Below are positions 1 through 13,364 of a DNA stretch of 64,000 nucleotides, in pieces. Every line of letters begins with the position of its first letter. Positions within the stretch are counted from its first letter, which is position 1. A program made the translations under genes and the position numbers. A model generated the notes under the pieces. That model worked only from the letters and a program-made list of their open reading frames with translations, did no database searches and had not been told where the DNA came from. The stretch comes from Antedon mediterranea (taxonomy: Eukaryota; Animalia; Echinodermata), in the NCBI RefSeq assembly GCF_964355755.1, contig NC_092680.1, positions 6,510,001 through 6,574,000 on the forward strand, written 5' to 3'.

Positions 1-540
1 TCAAAAAATGGATGCAAGTCTTATTTCTGACATTTTGACCTTTGACCTTGATTTATCGTATCTCAGTAACCAATAATCGGAGAGACACGAAATAGGGCTC
101 AAATTGTTCAGAAACTATACATTCATATTTATTATAATGAAATGTTTTTACAAAAAATGGCCGATTCTACAACTATTGACCTTTGAACTATTAGTCAAAT
201 ATAATAATATAATAATAATATAACTTTGAAAATTGTGGTCTTATGAATTTTTTTTTCTTTTTAAATTGTTTAAAACATGTGACGTGTTTCTATCCAGTCT
301 AATGGAATATTTTGTACAAGAATGGCCGATAGTATGGTTATTGACCTTTTAACTACAGCATAGGCCTACTGTATACTAAATATAATATAATTGCATAACT
401 ATGAAATTATTTATACACAATAACAATTAGTAAAATTATAAAATTCACTGCCATCAAATATAATGTGTTATTATTTATATAGATTTAAAAAGGAATTTGA
501 ATACGCAAGTTACAATTTTTGAAATTTGAAATTTGAAATT

Positions 541-1140
541 ACCTGCCATCAATATGATGGAGTGTGCTTATGTGAACATGTCAGCTTGGAAATTACCTGC
601 CATCAATATGATGGATTATGATTATAGATTTAAATAAGAATTTGAACACGTAAGCTACATTTGGAAATTACCTGCCATCAATATGATGGATTATGATTAT
701 AGATTTAAAAAAGAATTTGAACACGTCAGCTACATTTGGAAATTTGGAAATTACCTGCCATCAATATGATGGATTATGATTGTATAGTACCTGCCATCAA
801 TATGATGGATTATGATTATAGATTTTAAAAAGAATTTGAACACGTAAGCTACATTTGGAAATTACCTGCCATCAATATGATGGATTATGATTATAGATTT
901 AAAAAAGACTTTGAACACGTCAGCTACATTTGGAAATTTGGAAATTACCTGCCATCAATATGATGGATTATGATTGTATAGTACCTGCCATCAATATGAT
1001 GGATTATGATTAGGCCTATAGATTTAAAAAAGAATTTGAACACGTAAGCTACATTTGAAAATTACTTGCCATCAATATGATGGATTATGATTGTATAGAT
1101 TTAAAAGAAAATGTGAACACGTACGTAAGCTACATTTGGA
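541..1140. repeat. Subterminal minisatellite, left arm (36/75/83 bp units with CCATCAATATGATGG hairpin core)
   Basis: Nine copies of ACCTGCCATCAATATGATGG (or a 1-nt variant) at about 541, 595, 670, 753, 789, 864, 947, 983 and 1064. Confidence 0.95.
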
Positions 1141-1154
1141 ATGAACATGTTAAG

Positions 1155-1469
1155 TCAAGTCAAGTCAAGTATCATTTATTATCATTTGTTTTAGGAAAAA
1201 CATAGAAATTCTGTTTGCTCTGTTGGCGGAGCACAATATCCAACGGACACAACACGAACTCAAAAAACAAGAACATTACAAAAAAAAGTCTACATCATAT
1301 TTAAGGCTCTAATAGATCCTGGAAAGAAACTATTTGTAAATCGTGCCTTATTGGCCTTAATAGAACGAAATCGCCGACCGCTGCGCATCAACTGGAACAT
1401 ACTAGAGGCCGGATGAAAATGATCATCTTTGATAGCCACTGCCTTTTTCAGAAGACGATCCGAAAGGGA
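1155..1469 (-). mobile_element. 5'-truncated LINE 3' end (Rex1/Babar/L2-like ORF2 C-terminus) inserted in the left arm
   Basis: Absent from the right arm. TTAAG is duplicated at 1150-1154 and 1470-1474, and there is an (ACTTG)n tail. The minus strand encodes LLKKAVAIKDDHFHPASSMFQLMRSGRRFRSIKANKARFTNSFFPGSIRALNMM*. Confidence 0.85.
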
Positions 1470-1478
1470 TTAAGGGCA

Positions 1479-2580
1479 TCAGTTAAGATCATTCATGCAA
1501 AGGTTTCCGTCATCTTTAGCGTTGTTACAGCGGCATAAAGCTGTACATGGTAGTTTTGACTTCTTGCACCTACATTTATTGGTTATGTATCGTGTCTTGC
1601 ATCCACAATAAATCATCTCTAACGAAGCAGTAGGAATAGCTTCATTTTTCAGAAGCACTGGTTGAAGTTTACCATTAAATAGCTCCCAACCAAAATATGT
1701 TGGTGATGGCAAATGCTGGATTGGCGATACAGCTTTTTTCCATACGAGTGCTTGGAAGTGTGCTCTTTTTATATGTTGGTGCACTGCATCGCTTGTTGGA
1801 GGTAATGCCTTTTTTTTTTAAAGCCTAACTTTATTGGTACTTTTAACTTGACCAACACCGTAAACGTAGCAAATGAATCTTTCCGATTTCATAATAACTT
1901 GGTCACTGATAGGTTTTCTCCCAGGTCTTTAATTAGTTCATACCTTTTTTTAATACTTCCCATGCCGATGCCTTTGAGTGACCACTTAGATATGAGCAGT
2001 GAAGAGTTAAATTACTGTATGTATGTATTAATATAATTTAACTCTTCCCTGGATATGAGGTAGTATCGCATCCACTAATAGTGTGGAATGGAATCAGTGC
2101 TTTTGCAGAACCCTCGGGCAAGGCTTGAAAAATGTCTTTTATAGATACTTTCTTTTTTTGGATGTCCCTATCATCATCCATTTGGATACCATGCTTTGGT
2201 AGTGAGACACTAGAATCACTAGTACGTACGTCTGTATCCCTAGAAGCAACTACAACTGTGTCGTATCGGACATTGGCAGCATGACAAGTCTCGTGTCCTA
2301 TTCTTCATGGTCTGACCAGAGACAACGTATTCGTGTACAATTTTGATGATTTAACAACTGATTCTTTCATAAATCCACCAGCTGTGACAATTTCTTTGTC
2401 TACAGGAGCTTGACGAATCAACTCCTCTGATAGAAATCGTGTCAGATCTGCATTATTATCTTGTAATGCCAACAAGTTTGACCAGCAATTTGGCAGCGGT
2501 ATTTCACCACTTTCTATAATTCGACGAATTGGTCTCTGTGTTTTGGTTCATCTTTGTCTGGTGGTGTCCTTTATCGACAG
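1479..2580 (-). pseudogene. Degraded Academ-type transposase: XPG/PIN-like nuclease region plus C-terminal Cys-rich (Cys8/CXC) finger
   Basis: Minus-strand fragments read SIKDTTRQR..PLPNCWSNLL..NADLTRFL, SDHEE.DTRL..H...YDTVVVASRDTDV and LPPT...HIKRAHFQALVW..LPSP..FGW..CGCK..C.CKKSKLPCTALCRC, interrupted by stops, frameshifts and deletions. Confidence 0.75.
1997..2051. mobile_element. P-element-like micro-hairpin (CAGTGAAGAG...CTCTTCCCTG), 8-bp TSD
   Basis: Inverted ends; GATATGAG on both sides (1989-1996, 2052-2059); interrupts the Academ transposase remnant. Confidence 0.8.
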
Positions 2581-2622
2581 TTTTAAGTTAGGCATGCCAT
2601 GTTAAAAAAAACAAAAAACCAG

Positions 2623-2954
2623 AGGCATTACCTCCAACAAGCGATGCAGTGCACCAACATATAAAAAGAGCACACTTCCAAGCACTCGTATGGAAAAAAG
2701 CTGTATCGCCAATCCAGCATTTGCCATCACCAACATATTTTGGTTGGGAGCTATCTAATGGTAAACTTCAACCAGTGCTTCTGAAAAATGAAGCTATTCC
2801 TACTGCTTCGTTAGAGATGATTTATTGTGGATGCAAGACACGATAAATAACCAATAAATGTAGGTGCAAGAAGTCAAAACTACCATGTACAGCTTTATGC
2901 CGCTGTAACAACGCTAAAGATGACGGAAACCTTTGCATGAATGATCTTAACTGA
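2623..2954 (+). pseudogene. Second (inverted) copy of the transposase C-terminal fragment
   Basis: ORF 2649-2846 is nearly identical to 1479-1784(-), with a premature TAA at 2844-2846; homology continues to the TGA near 2952. Confidence 0.8.
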
Positions 2955-2974
2955 TGCCCTTAACATGTTCATTC

Positions 2975-3615
2975 CAAATGTAGCTTACGTACGTGTTCAC
3001 ATTTTCTTTTAAATCTATACAATCATAATCCATCATATTGATGGCAAGTAATTTTCAAATGTAGCTTACGTGTTCAAATTCTTTTTAAAATCTATAATCA
3101 TAATCCATCATATTGATGGCAGGTAATTTCCCAATTTCCAAATGTAGCTGACGTGTTCAAATTCTTTTTTAATTCTATAATCATAATCCATCATATTGAT
3201 GGCAGGTAATTTTCTAATGTAGCTTACGTGTTCAAATTCTTTTTTAAATCTATAATCATAATCCATCATATTGATGGCAGGTACTATACAATCATAATCC
3301 ATCATATTGATGGCAGGTAATTTCCAAATTTCCAAATGTAGCTGACGTGTTCAAATTCTTTTTTAAATCTATAATCATAATCCATCATATTGATGGCAGG
3401 TAATTTTCAAATGTAGCTTACGTGTTCAAATTCTTTTTAAAATCTATAATCATAATCCATCATATTGATGGCAGGTAATTTTCTAATGTAGCTTACGTGT
3501 TCAAATTCTTATTTAAATCTATAATCATAATCCATCATATTGATGGCAGGTAATTTCCAAATGTAGCTGACATGTTCACATAAGCACACTCCATCATATT
3601 GATGGCAGGTAATTT
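2975..3615. repeat. Subterminal minisatellite, right arm (reverse complement of the left array)
   Basis: Nine copies of CCATCATATTGATGGCA(G/A)GT. This repeat explains the spurious ORF 3108-3335. Confidence 0.95.
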
Positions 3616-5928
3616 CAAATTTCAAATTTCAAAAAATGTAACTTGCGTATTCAAATTCCTTTTTAAATCTATATAAATAATAACACATCATATTTGATGG
3701 CAGTGAATTTTATAATTTTACTAATTGTAATTGTGTATAAATAATTTCATAGTTATGCAATTATATTATATTTAGTATACAGTAGGCCTATGCTGTAGTT
3801 AAAAGGTCAATAACCATACTATCGGCCATTCTTGTACAAAATATTCCATTAGACTGGATATAAACACGTCACATGTTTTAAACAATTTAAAAAGAAAAAA
3901 AAATTCATAAGACCACAATTTTCAAAGTTATATTATTATTATATTATTATATTTGACTAATAGTTCAAAGGTCAATAGTTGTAGAATCGGCCATTTTTTG
4001 TAAAAACATTTCATTATAATAAATATGAATGTATAGTTTCTGAACAATTTGAGCCCTATTTCGTGTCTCTCCGATTATTGGTTACTGAGATACGATAAAT
4101 CAAGGTCAAAGGTCAAAATGTCAGAAATACAACTTGCATCAATTTTTTGAGAAAAAGTGTCATTAAAGTGAATATAAAAACATATATTTAAAACATTTTG
4201 ACACCAAAATTAATTATCTGTGACTAGTGGTTCTCGAGATATAGGGTAATTATAAAAAATGGCCGCCATTTTTAATTATGCAAATTAAGGGCTTAGATGG
4301 CCGAATTTCGCTTGGGATCCGCCATATTCGTAATCAGCGAGGTCGAAATATCCTAAATCAAGTGGATCCCAGCTTCTACCCAAAAATGCTTCTTGATTCG
4401 TTTTCTAGGCCGTTTTTTGAGAAATGGAACCTGTCTAATACTAAAATGATTTTACTTGGCTGGATATGCTGAATTATTTATTTGGCTTGATTATTATATA
4501 AAATTTAAATATAAATAAAATGTAACGTGAATCATTGAGGCGTAACGTGGTACGTTGCCCATTTTTATGTTATATTATATTTTATAATAAATTAATTATT
4601 AAGCCTTAACAACCATTTGAATAACCGAAAGATCAACTAATAAACTTCATGTATGAAATATGATAGAAATTCTACGCAATTAAATACACCTCATTGTGAT
4701 AGGATCTTTTATTTACACCAGATAAATAAGGTTCAACTCAAACGCTTCAGAGCATTCAATAGTAATGAACAGCTATTTTTTTCTTTTGTAAACATCATTT
4801 ATGATAATATTACTGAGGTACTGTATGTAGTCCTGCAGTATAGTTAGTGACTTGGAAATAGCTAAAATAAGCTTGTTGAGCTATCCTGAGAAATCTTCTA
4901 TAAACGTGTCAGTATACTTAATGTTTTTTATAATGATTTTCACACAAATTCGAATCAAATCATATTATGAATCTGATTTGTATAGGAAACGATAGTCAGA
5001 CTCCTTTTACAGTACCCCAGGTCCAGTATTCATTGAGTTTGTCAGTTTTGGACTTTAGAATACCAGTGGTACAGCGGTGACAATTATTACGGTATTCATT
5101 TGTTAATTTTAGAATATGTCATGTCTTCTTTCTTTACCCAGTCAGCGTTTGGTCATTTACTTCTTTCATTCTTCTTTTTTTCTTCTTCTTCCTCCTTCTT
5201 CCATTGTTGAAGGCCCTGCTCTAGCTTTTGCGATGTTCATGAATACGGTGGGTGGGACATATACAGTTATTTCTTTGTTGTGTGTAAAGTGCTTAGAGAC
5301 ATTTGTATTAGGCAATCTATAAAACATTATTGCTATCATTCTTTTTTTAATAAAGCTTACATTTATAGAAATACCAAAATAAAAGCTTTCGCATATTAAT
5401 TTGGTCTAATAGTTAACTTGACATAATGGTAAATATAAAACTTCATTTCACTAGGTAATGACACATAATTACCACAGAATATGGACGCATGGTAAACAAT
5501 GCTGACATCGAGTAGTAATTTCATTGTACCATTAAATTTTAAAAGGATGCGTTGTTTATGTTCGAAATATGATGAAATAATTATTTGAGTTGATTGACAA
5601 CTCAACAAATATTAGTAAGCAGAGGGTTAATATACTGTTTATGGATAAACTCAGAACTTGGGCTTATAAGTTAATGGAGACACCAACGTGCTTATTATTA
5701 TTATATATACATATTGTTTATATATGTTGATGGCATGCTTTGCAATCTTGGAAATTATCGGTAATTTATTTATGTAAGCAGTTTGTTCAAAAATTAATGT
5801 TTACAGAGTAGGAATATGTTATGGTTATGGCGTGAGTGACAACTTTATGGTAGACAAACTAATAATATAATATATTATATGTAAATTGCTATGCTGTATT
5901 AAAATATATATAAGTTTATGTAATGTTA

Positions 5929-6002
5929 AGTTCTGTCTACACTATCAAACTTTATGCACATCACACTTTTTGTCAAACGAGTTTGATAGTGTAGACAGAG
6001 CT
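5929..6002. mobile_element. Harbinger/Tourist-like MITE, internally deleted copy
   Basis: TIR AG(C/T)TCTGTCTACACTATCAAACT at both ends, TA/TWA flanks; same family as 6047, 41432, 45731 and 51846. Confidence 0.75.
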
Positions 6003-6046
6003 TAGGGATACTGATATGTAATATATGTCAGGATGATGTTTTAAAC

Positions 6047-6205
6047 AACTGTCTACAATATCAAACTTTATGTGTCAAAAAAATGTGATGTGCCCATATA
6101 TGGACATGATGATGTCATATCACTACCATATTTAAGCATATCACTACCATATATAGGCACATCAAACTTTTTTGACACATAAAGTTTGATAGTGTAGACA
6201 AGGCT
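6047..6205. mobile_element. Harbinger/Tourist-like MITE (~160 bp)
   Basis: TGTCTACA(C/A)TATCAAACTTTATGTG...CACATAAAGTTTGATAGTGTAGACA ends with internal CATATCACTACCATAT repeats. Confidence 0.8.
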
Positions 6206-7050
6206 TTATACTGATTAAATGATGACAATAGCTTTCTCTTATAGGGAAAACAAAACAAATGCTTCTTTCTTTAATTTGTTTAGTTTAATATAATGTAGCT
6301 TTCTTAAATAGATGGTTTTCATTTATGTTGACATTTATGTGCAATTATCCGTCAACAATTTACCTTGTATTTCTGAACATTGTGGATTCATTTAACTTAT
6401 ATCGTAATATAATTCTATCCCCATTGTTACTATACATTTTTATCGCCGTATCGTAATTGGCAACATCGTTCTACTGTCTTCTTAATGGCATTTGTATGGA
6501 AAATTAAATGGATTACGTCGGCTTGGTGGAAAATGACGCCGTCGATCAAGAACCACTGAAGTCCCTTCTGTAATATTGATTTTGAAATTAGTGTTTACCA
6601 TTATATTACAACAATTAACATATTTAAAACGTTTTAACCGTAACTCAATTATCGGTAGGTTTACAGAGAAAGGTGAAGTACCCTGTCCAATAATTCAACT
6701 AGTGTCAGAGCAAGGAATAATGTTGTTTTTCCAGGGTCACAGTTTTCTTATTCCAAATAGGACTATCACGTTAAACAATATAAAGCAACTACATTATAAA
6801 GCAATAACATCTAGCTACGAATACATTTAATCTCAATATTTAGTTTTGCATATTTTTATTATTACAAAGCATACCCGTTGTGTTCGAATAGCTTTATACA
6901 CATACACGAAAAGAGTACCCGTATGTTTCCAATGTTCTGTATCTAGAATTTAGTAGAATTTGCAAGGATGAAGTAGGAGAACCATTCAAGAATACATATC
7001 ATTCCGGCAGTGTACACCGGAAGGCTAATATGTAGAGGGCTTATTGAAAA

Positions 7051-7791
7051 AACAAGGCCATATAGATGGCTGCAGTCGCGTGCTCATTAGTGTTTACCGA
7101 CCGACCGACCAACCTACCAACTGACCGAAATTACTGAACATGTTTAAAAATGTTGAAATGTTTAAAAACATTTATATTTTTTAAATTTACACGTGCGTAG
7201 CCTGTCACTTTTGACGTGCTCGTATAACGTAATTTCGAGTAGAAAAGTAAGTCAAGAAAACAGAAATCTGGCAAAAAGAGTGCGCAACAACATTTAACGC
7301 GCAGTGCGCGCGCAAAATTCTGCGCACTCATGGCAATTTTGTAAACGCTTAAAATTGCCTGAAACGTACTCTTATTTCATCGAAAATAAATTTTGAAAAT
7401 GTTAAGCACGCGTACGCATGCGTTACATGCGCTACGCACGTAATGGTATTGCCATATGATGATTTATGCCCTGAAATTTATGAGTACCAAATTGTATTTA
7501 ATTGTGATTCATGGTTGTGAAGATATGATTACAAACGTAATTTCGTTAAATCGTGCGTACACCACGTACTTTTTTATTGCACACCGTGAAAACATAACCA
7601 CATCGATTCCTGGCCATAAGGAATATACTGTGAAAAATTGACTTAGCTAGATTAAACTGATATCAAGATAAGGTCAGAAAGCGATAAAACGCATAGTGAT
7701 ACCGGACCGACAGACAGACCGACAGACCAACAGACAGACCGACAGACCAACAGACAGACCAACCGACCGACCGACATAGTGAACTATAGAG
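7051..7791 (-). mobile_element. Helentron-associated non-autonomous element (HINE/DINE-1-like), long copy
   Basis: (GACC/GACA)n microsatellites, GTCGCGTG subTIR, terminal hairpin GCCAT-ATAG-ATGGC and a ...CCTTGTT end at a TT site. Its ends are shared with three shorter copies. Confidence 0.7.
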
Positions 7792-9744
7792 AAAAATAAT
7801 GAACTTGATCGAAATATTAACACACTAGAGAAGCTTATAGTAATGTTCTTATTGATAAGCGCCCTCTTTATTTTTAAAATAATGGGAAATAAGCTTTTTC
7901 TTGGCTAGGCCACCATGAACTAAAGGGTTAAAAGAATTAAAAGTACTCTCTCTATTGTTTATCAAAGATGTAAGGGACTCAGAAAGAAAACAGAAATGGT
8001 ATTTAAGTAAATAATCAACTATCAACCATGGCATGGCAACTATGGCATATATGACGTCATTTTTTAATATTATCTTTACTAATAATTATTATAGTACAAT
8101 TTTACTGTAATAAATATATGAAGTTTACTGCATTGATGACGACAGTACTGCTTTTGAAATCCGGAAGCCATTTAGGAATTAGTAGAATGTTGTCAAATTG
8201 TACTGTTAGTAGACATCGCCAAACAAGTGGACCTTAGTGAAGGTGTTATTCTAAGTCATTTTCACTTTTGCAGATTTTCGCATCTTTACTGTTTCACAAA
8301 TACGGTTTATTGTCATCATTATTGTTGATCGGTTGAGTGTTTCTGTCTGCACTGCATAATGTTATAAAAGTACAGTATCTCTACCATGGGATATCGGCAT
8401 ATGAATACTTGTGTTATGGTCGAAGTTGAATTGTACGCACAATCTAGGGCGCGGCTGGTTTTCAGTACGTTGTTTGTTCATTACATATCTCTACTATGGT
8501 CAAGTGATGTTATAATGGAATCACAATGGTTTAATAATAAGGGTCTGATTGTACTGTACCGTGAGTCTAGGTTCTAACATTAGTAAAATGATAACAACAT
8601 TTTGGCATACATGGCGTTGCATACGTAAAACATCTCGAGTTCCAGAGGCTTGGTTGGATTATTAAAGATAAAGATGCTTTCATCATTACCGTTTTACAGA
8701 TATTGACTTTAGATGTTACTGGTTCAAAGAGATACATTAACTTCTTTACAGTAATATCAGATGAACAATGCTATCATATTACCTCTCAACGCCATTAATT
8801 TTAGAAACATGTTGATTACAATTTTAAGAATATTATTAACGCCTAACTATACCAATTATAGACGGCCATAAGAATTAGGTTACGTCGTAAAACCTACGGT
8901 CATATAATTAACGCTTCGTTGGATGCTTTCAACAATTATCGTTCTGAAATCATAATCTTAGATATAATATGTCGTGGTTACATCTTTTACCAACAGTTTA
9001 ATGTAAGTATGGATGTGAAACCAGAATAATTTCATTCCTTCCACTATAAACGTTTTTAGAATTCAACATATCGAACTCCAGATAGATTAAGAGAATATTT
9101 GTCAGTGTCAGTCTAATTACATTAGTCCATTAAAACGCTACCGGCTTCTTTCGGCCTTTCATAAATGTCTTCTAATTAATATTATTGCCTTGCTTCGTTA
9201 TGAATTCTGAAATGATATTTCATTTAAGTGATCAAAGGTTGATTATATCAAATATAAATTAACCTCGAAAGAAAATATGTAATGACATTGAGGTCTTGTT
9301 CCAACACAAACAATTCTAGATGTCTCAATATTTTGTTGAAAGAAGAAAATCCATAAACAGAGTTGACTCTAATAATTGGAAGGTACACTGATACGTTTAA
9401 GATGACTTAAATTCTACCAAGCTCTAAGTATCGATTTCTGCTATGTTTTATAGCCTTCTTTTCAGTATGAAGAAATTTGTTTTCATGTATCATATACTGT
9501 ATGAAAATAATGTAGTTGACTTATATATTACCAACATTAGGACCGGTCCTTCATGTGGTTTTCCAAAATGTCTAGATGTGATAATCTACTTTGTATTTTG
9601 ATTGACCTCTAGCTCTTGTAGGGTGTAAATTTACTGTTGATAATATATTGTCCTACCGTGTCGATCAGGCCTATACAAATTGGTATTTAGTAATATGAGT
9701 AGGCCTAATGAATTTCTTCGAAATGCACAAAATTAATGTAGAAC

Positions 9745-9769
9745 CATGGAGAAATATTATTTCTCCATG
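9745..9769. mobile_element. P-element-like micro-hairpin CATGGAGAAAT-ATT-ATTTCTCCATG (25 bp)
   Basis: Perfect hairpin; flanks GTAGAAC / GTAGAAA (6/7 TSD match). Confidence 0.7.
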
Positions 9770-12700
9770 GTAGAAATAATGTAATGAAATACCGTTTTTT
9801 TTGATAAGTGATAATATTTCATCAACATTTACAGCACGTTGGCAACTAGGTTAGAGTGATTGAACAGAAAGAAAACAATAAAATTGTAGGTTTATGATCA
9901 GTCAATAGTCGGATATATATTACATAATCACATTGCCGTGAGTTGTGTAATTCGTATCAAATTGTTTCAGAGCATGATGCAGTCTACACTACTATATTTC
10001 ATATCCCATATAGTATGTTTTATAATGGGATATAATGAGGAACGAATGAGGCAAATCTCGCTAATCTCTTGCATGGATGATTATTATAAAATAATTATAC
10101 TATAAGATAAGATATCAGTATTGTGTTTTAAGCGGAAACTACTGAGCCAAGACTACCTTTTCTGTATACATTTATCACCCCCGTGATAAAACAATTTTGT
10201 AGATAATCTTTTTATTATATTACTATTTTAATTATCTTATCTTTTCCTAAATCATTAAGCGTGTACAGTATGTATGAGTATGTTTTATTTGTATCATGTG
10301 ATATCATGAATGTTTCTGGATTCCATTTCTCGGAGTAATTCGGAATGGAAATGAATTTGTGCTGAATTATCGTTTCCATTAATTATGATTTTCTTTAATC
10401 AACTTTGATTAAAAAGCGCATCAGTACCATAAACCTTGGTAATTAAATTATCTATAATTAAATTTTAATTTCAAGTTTAAGCCTTTAATTTATAGAACGT
10501 GGGTGGTGTTCATCAAATGAATAATTGATTTTGATTATTTTAGAAGAAATGGAACAGAAATCGTGAAAGAGTTAAAAAAAAACCACAATAGGGATAAACA
10601 ATAAAGCTAATTGATGAATAATAAATAGAGTAAAAATAAAATTTAATAATTGTGCTTTGTAGGCCTAATGTGTTAATATGCAGATGATTCTCATACGGTA
10701 TTTATGTCTAGAAAGAATAAACTAGGCCTCTCATATCAAGCGACGGTAACCTGCACATCCATGGATGCACATCCCAACACCACACTTTTAACCCAACCTA
10801 CAATCTAAATGATAACAAACTACATCGAAGGGGCTCGAATCAAAATTGAGAAGCTAAAAGCACTAAACATTCTATTCAGTCAAAGAATCACTCAAGAGGC
10901 GATATGATAATGGGAGAAAGTCTGTAGGTATTGGTGTTTACTATTTCAGACACAGTAAACCCACGATCGTGTAGGCTTAATACAATATGAGAATAATGTT
11001 TGTGTAGGAGCTAATTAAGTAAACACTTAGGTATTGTTTTAAATAGTTGATTGCAGTATCCAAAATTAGAAGTAATTGTAACTGCATGTATACTTAATAT
11101 ACATGAAAAAAAAAACAGAAAACTGTTTGTCGTTTTATAGCTTCAATTTCTTTTCTCTTTAAATGGATAAAAGACGGATAAATTGCTATCGTTATCATAC
11201 AAGCCTGCTACTAATATTCCTGTCAAATTCCTTATAATGAATTTTCTAATCTGATAACAATAACAATTAATAAACCACCTTGTTTTAATCGCAAAATCCT
11301 TGTCTATTTAGTATTACTATTAATTATACAATTATAGTAAAAATCTAACCTTCTGGTTGATTAAAAGATACTGCACGGTATTGCCGATAATCTACAATGC
11401 TTTTATATCAAATTCTATTAATTTCTATATTCTGTCAATCGTCCAAATTCATAATCTCTTTATACTCTACTACTACTACTACTTTACTGTGTATATTAAT
11501 TGCCGTTTGAATACAATAATTTATTCATCAAAATTTCCATTATTAGATGACCTCCAAAAATTATACTTTTTTATGTATGGTGGGGGACACACACACAATG
11601 GTTGTGATTCAGATAATTGAAAATGACGAATTATACACAGAGGCGCCAAATACATTGATAGAATTATCCACTAATATACAAACCGTTGAGAATTGCGGAG
11701 ATGAAATACGTGTACATAATTAACGTAGTAATCAAAATAGAATATTGGCACCAGAATTACTTGGCCTCATCACAATAGACTGATGAAAACATATCTTTCT
11801 TTTTTCTTTTTTTTTTAGTATAATATTAATACGCTTGGCTTAAGTTTTGAACTGATATAACTCAGCTTACAGCCAATTAGAATCTCGTATTTCATACAAC
11901 ACTAATTACAACACAAGGCAAGCAACAGTTACAAACATTGTCAACACCACATTGCAGCAGATTCGATAAATACTTCTCATCATTTTACCAGTAGGCCTAC
12001 TTTCTAACTTTGTTTTCCTGAACACTTAAAATGTTGTAATACGGCTACTTACAAATATATTTAGATAATCTTTTTTGTAAATAATAATAGTTAATGAAAA
12101 CAATTTCTAGACAAATACTGTTTTCTTTTACGTATTTATACGTTTTACTATTATTGTACTAACTTTAGGCCAAATAAAAATGTAAACTTATGTCTTGAAG
12201 GTGAATTTCTTCTCCTTTTATTTTGCATTTAAAACTAATTTTAATAATGTGATTCTAGAGTATACAAACCTTCAAAATTTATCATTTCTATTATGAGATA
12301 AATAAAATGTATTCGTTTTTATTCGTACGTTAACATTTAATATCATTTTGTCGTGTTTTTAAAATCGTCTAGCATGTTAATAAAGGCACATAATAAGTAT
12401 TGATTGAATTAATTATTAGACGTACTTGATACATACTTTGTTCAATCAGTAGGAAATAGTTTATCGACGTATCGATTTTTATCAAAACATTTTTGTTCCA
12501 ATTAAACTAATTGCACGTTTAATCTAAACTTTGAAACTGTGTCATCAACTTTTTTGGTTCACCCAACTCAAAAGTAGGGTAAATATCTAATTACTAATCA
12601 TTAATATCAAATTATTTAATGTAATTAATTTTATTTTTCTATACTATTTGGATTAAACGGTTGTCATTTGTACTAATTGTTTCATAATGGGTAGTTATTG

Positions 12701-13010
12701 TTACGATACATACAGTATTACATTTAATCGTAATTTCCTTCCGGCGGTACTTACTGAGGTATACGCTATCCATGAAACAACGCTCTGACTAGGCCTAGAT
12801 AACAACATCAGTATGGTTCCTGTTTTAATTAAATAATTAGAAACCAATAACAGTAATTAAAAGACGTGAAGATTTGAAAACACACGAACCCACGCCTCTT
12901 CCACACTCAACGCCCGCATACGAACGGTACTGATACTTGTCACAAATCTTACCTGTTTCGTAATGGATATGGACCTGTTTAGTTATTTAATCAGAGTAAG
13001 TTGGTTTTAT

Positions 13011-13044
13011 CATAGAGATATTATAGTGAACATTATATCTCTAG
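13011..13044. mobile_element. P-element-like micro-hairpin CATAGAGATA...TATCTCTAG (34 bp)
   Basis: Imperfect inverted ends; flanks GTTTTAT / GTTTTAC (6/7 TSD match). Confidence 0.6.
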
Positions 13045-13149
13045 GTTTTACGGTACAGTTATCACTAACTTTTGTGAGTAAGATTTTACAGCATCGGGTT
13101 GTGAGCTCCCACCCACCCTTCCGGCCAATCGTTGAGAGATGATAATATT

Positions 13150-13364
13150 ATTTATTATTTATTCTTTGTAACAGATGACCTTCTCAGCCGAAGACTGATC
13201 TCCCAGCGACCCAGTTTTGAGTGGCTATGTGGCAGTGGTTGTGTAATGTACTAGTACACCGGGGTAACCCACTAACTCGTCTCGAAAGATGCACTAGATT
13301 TCTTTACAATGCAAGAGTCAGATGTGTACATTTATCTTAACCGATTGGCCACTCAATCGCTCAC
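13150..13364 (-). mobile_element. tRNA-derived Deu/Nin-domain SINE, internally deleted
   Basis: Homologous to 54501-54805: A-box head, CACCGGGGTAACCC.CTA.CTCGTCTCGAAAGATG core, same 3' tail. Confidence 0.75.

Larger units (their letters stand above)
1..4437. mobile_element. Academ-derived non-autonomous foldback element (two transposon 3' ends in inverted orientation; left end outside window)
   Basis: 1-~1810 is the near-perfect reverse complement of ~2623-4150. Both arms carry the same transposase C-terminus and a subterminal minisatellite. The right arm continues to ...GGAACCTGTCTA (4437), a YR/CTA-type end as in Academ; this terminus is inferred because the matching left end is not visible. 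Confidence 0.75.

Noticed and set aside
541-1140. CRISPR-like appearance (palindromic repeat with regular spacing)
   Set aside because: The intervening sequences are themselves repeated rather than unique spacers; the context is eukaryotic and there are no cas genes.
3108-3335. 75-aa repetitive ORF
   Set aside because: It is a translation of the transposon minisatellite.
8740-8790. Candidate GPCR exon 2 (AG|GT AAT ATG ATA GCA…) on the minus strand
   Set aside because: In-frame stop after 8 codons and no polypyrimidine tract.
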